DNA of 64,000 nt from positions 20,150,001 through 20,214,000 of the forward strand of contig NC_045715.1 of assembly GCF_009834535.1 (NCBI RefSeq). The letters run 5' to 3'. The DNA is from Camelus ferus (Eukaryota). The notes beneath the pieces are model-generated. The model had not been told where the DNA came from, made no database searches, and saw only the letters and a program-made list of their open reading frames with translations. Shown one piece after another: positions 59,050 to 64,000 of the stretch (the stretch's first letter is position 1; each line of letters begins with the position of its first letter). Both the position numbers and the translations under genes were made by a program.

Positions 59050-60060
59050 TGCAGCCGGTTGAGCCCCATCGTCGGTCCCTTTTACGCCAGCGCCACAAGT
59101 GAGCCGAGCTCAAGGCCGCTTATTTACTGCGCAAGCGCTCTGAGGCAGCCTCCCGTCCGGCGAGCGCAGGCGCACTTACTGCAGAACCAGCGCCTCATCG
59201 CCTCCCTGGAACCCGCCGCAGTGCGCAAGCGCGCAACATCCCCGTTTCCCTGCCCTCAGTCCCTCACCCCCCCTCCTTTCCCCTTCAAGAAGCCGGCTCC
59301 GGGGCGCGCTCACCCCTGGGAGGCCGGAGGCCGGACACGGGAGGCGCTCTCTCCACTCCCGGAAGATCATGTACCAGCCCAGCCGGGGGGCGGCCCGGCG
59401 CTTGGGCCCCTGCCTCCGTGCCTACCAGGCTCGTCCCCAGGTGAGAGCAGAGGGGAAGCGGGAGGGGAGGAGAGGGGGCGGGGAGAGACCCTCCTCAGAG
59501 CCGGCGCGTGGGGCGGAGCGCGCGCTCGTCCCGCGCAGGCGCAATGACTCCCACCGCTCCTTCCCACCTGTGCGGGGCGGCGCGTGGAGGGGCCAGGGGT
59601 CTCAGGGATCCGAGGGCGGGGCTGCCAGCCCTGGCGCACACTGGAGGTCGGTTCTCCCGGGTCCCGGGGGGCAGGCGGGATTGAAGCTGGGGCGGCGAGT
59701 CGCGGCCTCATTTCGCCCGCGTCTCCGCGGTTACCTGTGCCTGGAGGTGATTTGAAGGGCAGGGGGCGGAGTGATTCACGGCGCCGCCCGGGAGCCTACC
59801 AGACCGACCTGCAGGCCGCACTCTGCAGCCCGCGCATCTTGCACCCGGATAGCGGTCCCGGCGGGAAGGCCGGCCCAGGTGGACCCGTTTCGGGCCTCTG
59901 CGCCCGGGCGGGCAAGATGGCCACGCCCCCGGCGGAGACGGCGCCTCGGGGACACCGTCGGGGACCGAGGTACCCGCGCGGCCCGCCCGCCTTCCCGATT
60001 ATGAAACCCCTCGGGGGGTTCCTTGGGAACGCAGGGACTCGGGCCAGGCCTGACTTTGGG
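59050..60060 (+). promoter_or_regulatory. C6orf136 CpG island and promoter
   Basis: Very CpG-dense. NRF1-like motifs tgcgcaagcgc (59128, 59222) and gcgcaggcgca (59164, 59533). ETS ccggaag before the ATG. Confidence 0.8.
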
Positions 60061-62761
60061 TGACCTCCCCCTCATCGAAGTGTCAGTAAACCAGGGGAAT
60101 GAGGTCCAGCCTTTAACGGTCTCCTGGGCTTTTACGTGTCATTAGAGGTAGCCCAAGGAATAAGCTTACATGTATATACTGCTTTACAGGCCGCAAAGTT
60201 TTGTTTACATTTATTATCTCATATAGTCCTCATAATAACTCAGTGTGGCCTCATCGTCCTCGTTTATAGGGGGACATTTATGGGAAGCTCAGGCTTAGGG
60301 AATTAGAGTGCCTAAGGCCACATGATCGAATCGGAACTCAAGTCTCCTAGTTCCTGTTGGATGTTCTTTTCTCCATACAACAACTGCCTTACACACTTAC
60401 TCGTGTAATTGTGGTACAGGCCACATCATTTCCTCCACTGTACGATAAAAGCTGTTATTCACTCATTTGTTCATTCTTCAAATATGTATTATGATTCTTG
60501 CTATAAGAGAGGCAGACCTGCCCCTAAACAGTGTTGGAATCTTAAACAAATCTAAAGGTATTTGCTAATGTTTTGGGGGAGGTACTTGTACTTATGTCGC
60601 AGGAGAGTATTTCCTCCTGTTTTAAGTAGGGATGGAGGTGAATTTTTCCTCTAGTAATTCCATCTCTCAAGAGGAGCAGGAGGGATTGGAAGCAGGTTAA
60701 TGGGCAGTTTGGATGGAGGGACATGAAGCAGCTGGATTCTTAACTTTTTTGCTTTTGTTCCTTCTTAGGACCAGCTTTCTCCACGGCCTCTACCATTCCC
60801 ACCCCTTTGGCCCCTCTCCACTGCAACCACTTCTCCACCTTTGCCTCTTCTTTGGTCTCCCCCACCCCCATGCCTTCCCACACGGCTGCTTCCCAGAGCT
60901 CCCCCACTACCTCTCCCTCAGGTCCAAGCCCTCACCTCACCATGGGTGGTTCTCCCCCCAGGAATGGGGGAGGAGGGACCAGGACCTGAGTTACATAGTG
61001 GCTGTCTGGATGGGCTTCGGAGCCTATTTGAGGGACCTCCCTGGCCCTGTCCTGGGGCTTTGATACCTTTCCAAGCCCCTGGGACTGCCCACCCTTCCCC
61101 TGCCACTCCATCAGGAGATCCGAGTATGGAGGAGCACTTAGCTGTCATGTATGAGAGACTGAGACAAGAGGTAAGGCAGTTCAAAAGTCTCTGCCAAAAT
61201 GGGAAGAGATGGAGGTGATTCTTAAAAATAGGGAGTTAGTCAACTGGATTCTTTCTTGGAGCCACGATGGAGTGACATGCATAGAAATATAAACATTTCT
61301 CAAGGAAAAGACGCTTCTTAGTTTGGATTAGGGAAGTTAAAAACATGGGAGGAGATAACCTTTCACTCAGAGAGGAATAAGGAGACACTGAATACAGAAA
61401 ACTGAGAAATAGGGTCATCTTTTCTTTTCTCCTGTTCTCACGTCTTCTTCTTTCACCTAGCTTCCCAATCTCTTCCTTCACTCCCACGACTACACTCTCT
61501 ACTCATCGGATGTGGAATTCATCAATGAGATCCTGAACATACGTACCAAGTGAGAATCCAGGAACGGGTAGGGCCTTGGGGAGGAAGAGGACCCAATGCT
61601 GTTTTCACTTATTAGAGAAGGTTCTAGGCTGCTTCTCATAAGTGTTCCCCATTCTTCCAACTAAGGCCAGTTTGGTTTTTTGATTCTGCCATCATGAGAT
61701 TTCTTTCCCATCCCTTCTTCCTAGGGGCCGGACATGGTATATTCTGTCACTGACCCTCTGCCGCTTCCTGGCCTGGAACTATTTTGCACAACTTCGGCTG
61801 GAGGTTCTACAGCTGACCCGCCACCCTGAGAACTGGACCCTGCAAGCCCGCTGGCGGCTTGTGGGGCTGCCCATCCATCTGCTCTTTCTGCGTTTCTATA
61901 AGCGTGATAAGGAAGAACTTTACCGGTAAGAAAAGTGAGAAAGGAAACACACTAAAATCAATTTCCTAATCTGACCCTTTTAGGAATCTATGGTCTGGTC
62001 CCCTAAACAATCCTCCATCTCCCCTGACTTGACTGCAGGCTCCTTGAGGGCAGGATCTTGTTTTAAGTCTACTTAAATATAACAAAAATAGGGACTCTGA
62101 GTATATTAGGAGGCTTCTGAACTCAGTTTTTTCAAGTACATTACTTGGCACATAAATACTAAAATACTTACTGAGCAGATGAAAATTCCTGTCTCATAAG
62201 TTGTGCCTCACACCTTAGATAAAGTGCTTAGTAAATTTCTGGCACAGAGTCGAATCCCAAGAAATTCTTAGGCTCAGCCCAAACCAGTGGTTCCCAAACT
62301 TTGTTGCACAGTGGAATCATCTGAGGATCTTTAAAGAAAATTTGGTGCCAGACATTGTGATTTAATTGGGCCAGGGTGTAACCTGGCTTCAGAAATTTTA
62401 AAGGACCCCCAGGTGGTCTAATATGTAGCAAAGTTTAGGACCTACTAAACAGATGCTTGAATTAAACCTTGTCCGGTAAGCCTCTCTTCTCTTCACCAGG
62501 ACCTATGATGCCTATTCCACCTTCTACCTGAATTCCAATGGCCTCATTTGTCGCCATCGCCTAGACAAAGTGAGTCCCAGGGCTGGAGAGGGGTGGGGTG
62601 ACAGGGTAGAACATCCTACCAACCGGCATTAAGCTTTCTCCCTGCAGCTGATGCCTTCACATTCACCCCCAACGCCTGTGAAGAAGCTGCTAGTGGGAGC
62701 CCTGGTGGCTCTGGGGCTGTCGGAGCCAGAACCCAACTTACAACTGTGTTCCAAGGACTGA
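59369..62761 (+). CDS. C6orf136: C6orf136 orthologue (uncharacterised, DUF2358-type as recalled), 6 exons, 315 aa
   Basis: Exons 59369-59440, 60769-61170, 61461-61549, 61725-61925, 62500-62569, 62648-62761 (948 nt, in frame). MYQPSRGAARRLGPCLRAYQARPQ...MEEHLAVMYERLRQELP...VEFINEILNIRTKGR...RHPENWTLQARWRLVG...TYDAYSTFYLN. Confidence 0.93.
62285..62450. mobile_element. MER5-like hAT DNA-transposon remnant
   Basis: cagtggttcccaaactt...ggaatcatctgaggatctttaaa...gatttaattgg...ccccaggtggtctaat...aaagtttaggacctact. Confidence 0.7.
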
Positions 62762-62926
62762 CCCAGGAACTGGGGTGGAGGCAGCACTTAAAGAGTTCGT
62801 TACGCACAAGAGGAGGAGGTGGAGGCGGCCAAGAACCTCAGGAGCCAGCTTCCCCCACTCTTCTCGCTCCTCCTTTCCTGTCCATCTCATGCTGTGTAAA
62901 GCTGCTGTGTAATTTAATTTGTAAAT

Positions 62927-62932
62927 AATAAA
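62927..62932 (+). terminator. C6orf136 polyadenylation signal
   Basis: AATAAA 166 nt after the stop codon. Confidence 0.75.
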
Positions 62933-63016
62933 ATCTAAGTGAATATGTGAGATCGAATTTCCATGTCACTTTCTCTGAATCTCAAAAGTTCCCTGTAGCT
63001 TTATTCCAAAAATATT

Positions 63017-63022
63017 TTTATT
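63017..63022 (-). terminator. DHX16 polyadenylation signal (second copy at 63000-63005)
   Basis: tttatt on + (AATAAA on -), about 70 nt past the DHX16 stop codon. Confidence 0.7.
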
Positions 63023-63088
63023 AATAGATATTAAATAATGTACAGAAAGGAAAGGAGCTGGTGTTAGGTTGTTTATGTCCCTTCCCCT

Positions 63089-63903
<815 letters not shown>

Positions 63904-64000
63904 CTAAGGAGCAGGGAGGAAGGAAAGTCAATGGGAAAGGCAGGCACCCAGGGACCGTCAGCACTCACTACCTTCTTAGTTCAGGCTCTGGGAGAACCAG

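Noticed and set aside
59917-59969. Strong-Kozak ATG (aagATGg) as an alternative C6orf136 start
   Set aside because: It lies 53 nt from the donor, so it is out of frame with exon 2. The motif may instead be a YY1-type site.
63961-64000. Further DHX16 exon at the window edge (gtgagt-like donor)
   Set aside because: The adjacent sequence does not translate to recognisable DHX16, so it is treated as intron.

Overview
Eukaryotic (mammalian) genomic DNA from the gene-dense MHC class I region, in the conserved order PRR3(+, last two exons) - ABCF1(+) - PPP1R10/PNUTS(-) - MRPS18B(+) - ATAT1(+) - C6orf136(+) - DHX16(-, last two exons). tRNA-Ala-derived SINEs and the L1 3' ends look camelid-type (inference). 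Exons were placed by hand from GT/AG sites and frame continuity. The reconstructed lengths are ABCF1 about 841 aa, PPP1R10 911 aa, MRPS18B 258 aa, ATAT1 421/333/323 aa and C6orf136 315 aa. The ABCF1 and ATAT1 totals each assume one exon lying partly or wholly in an N gap. The miR-877 mirtron is present in ABCF1. The most notable observation is that the last two PRR3 exons are an inverted, phase-matched paralogue of the last two PPP1R10 exons (RGG/Pro region plus a C3H1 zinc finger, 28/35 aa identical). Other observations: an internal PPP1R10 exon-12 acceptor exactly 61 nt in, a (GCC)11 at an ABCF1 donor site, a frameshifted long C6orf136 exon 1 and a strong intergenic CTCF motif. Most ORFs in the supplied track are artefacts. 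There is no CRISPR array or prokaryotic system. All comparisons to human sequences are from memory and need database confirmation.
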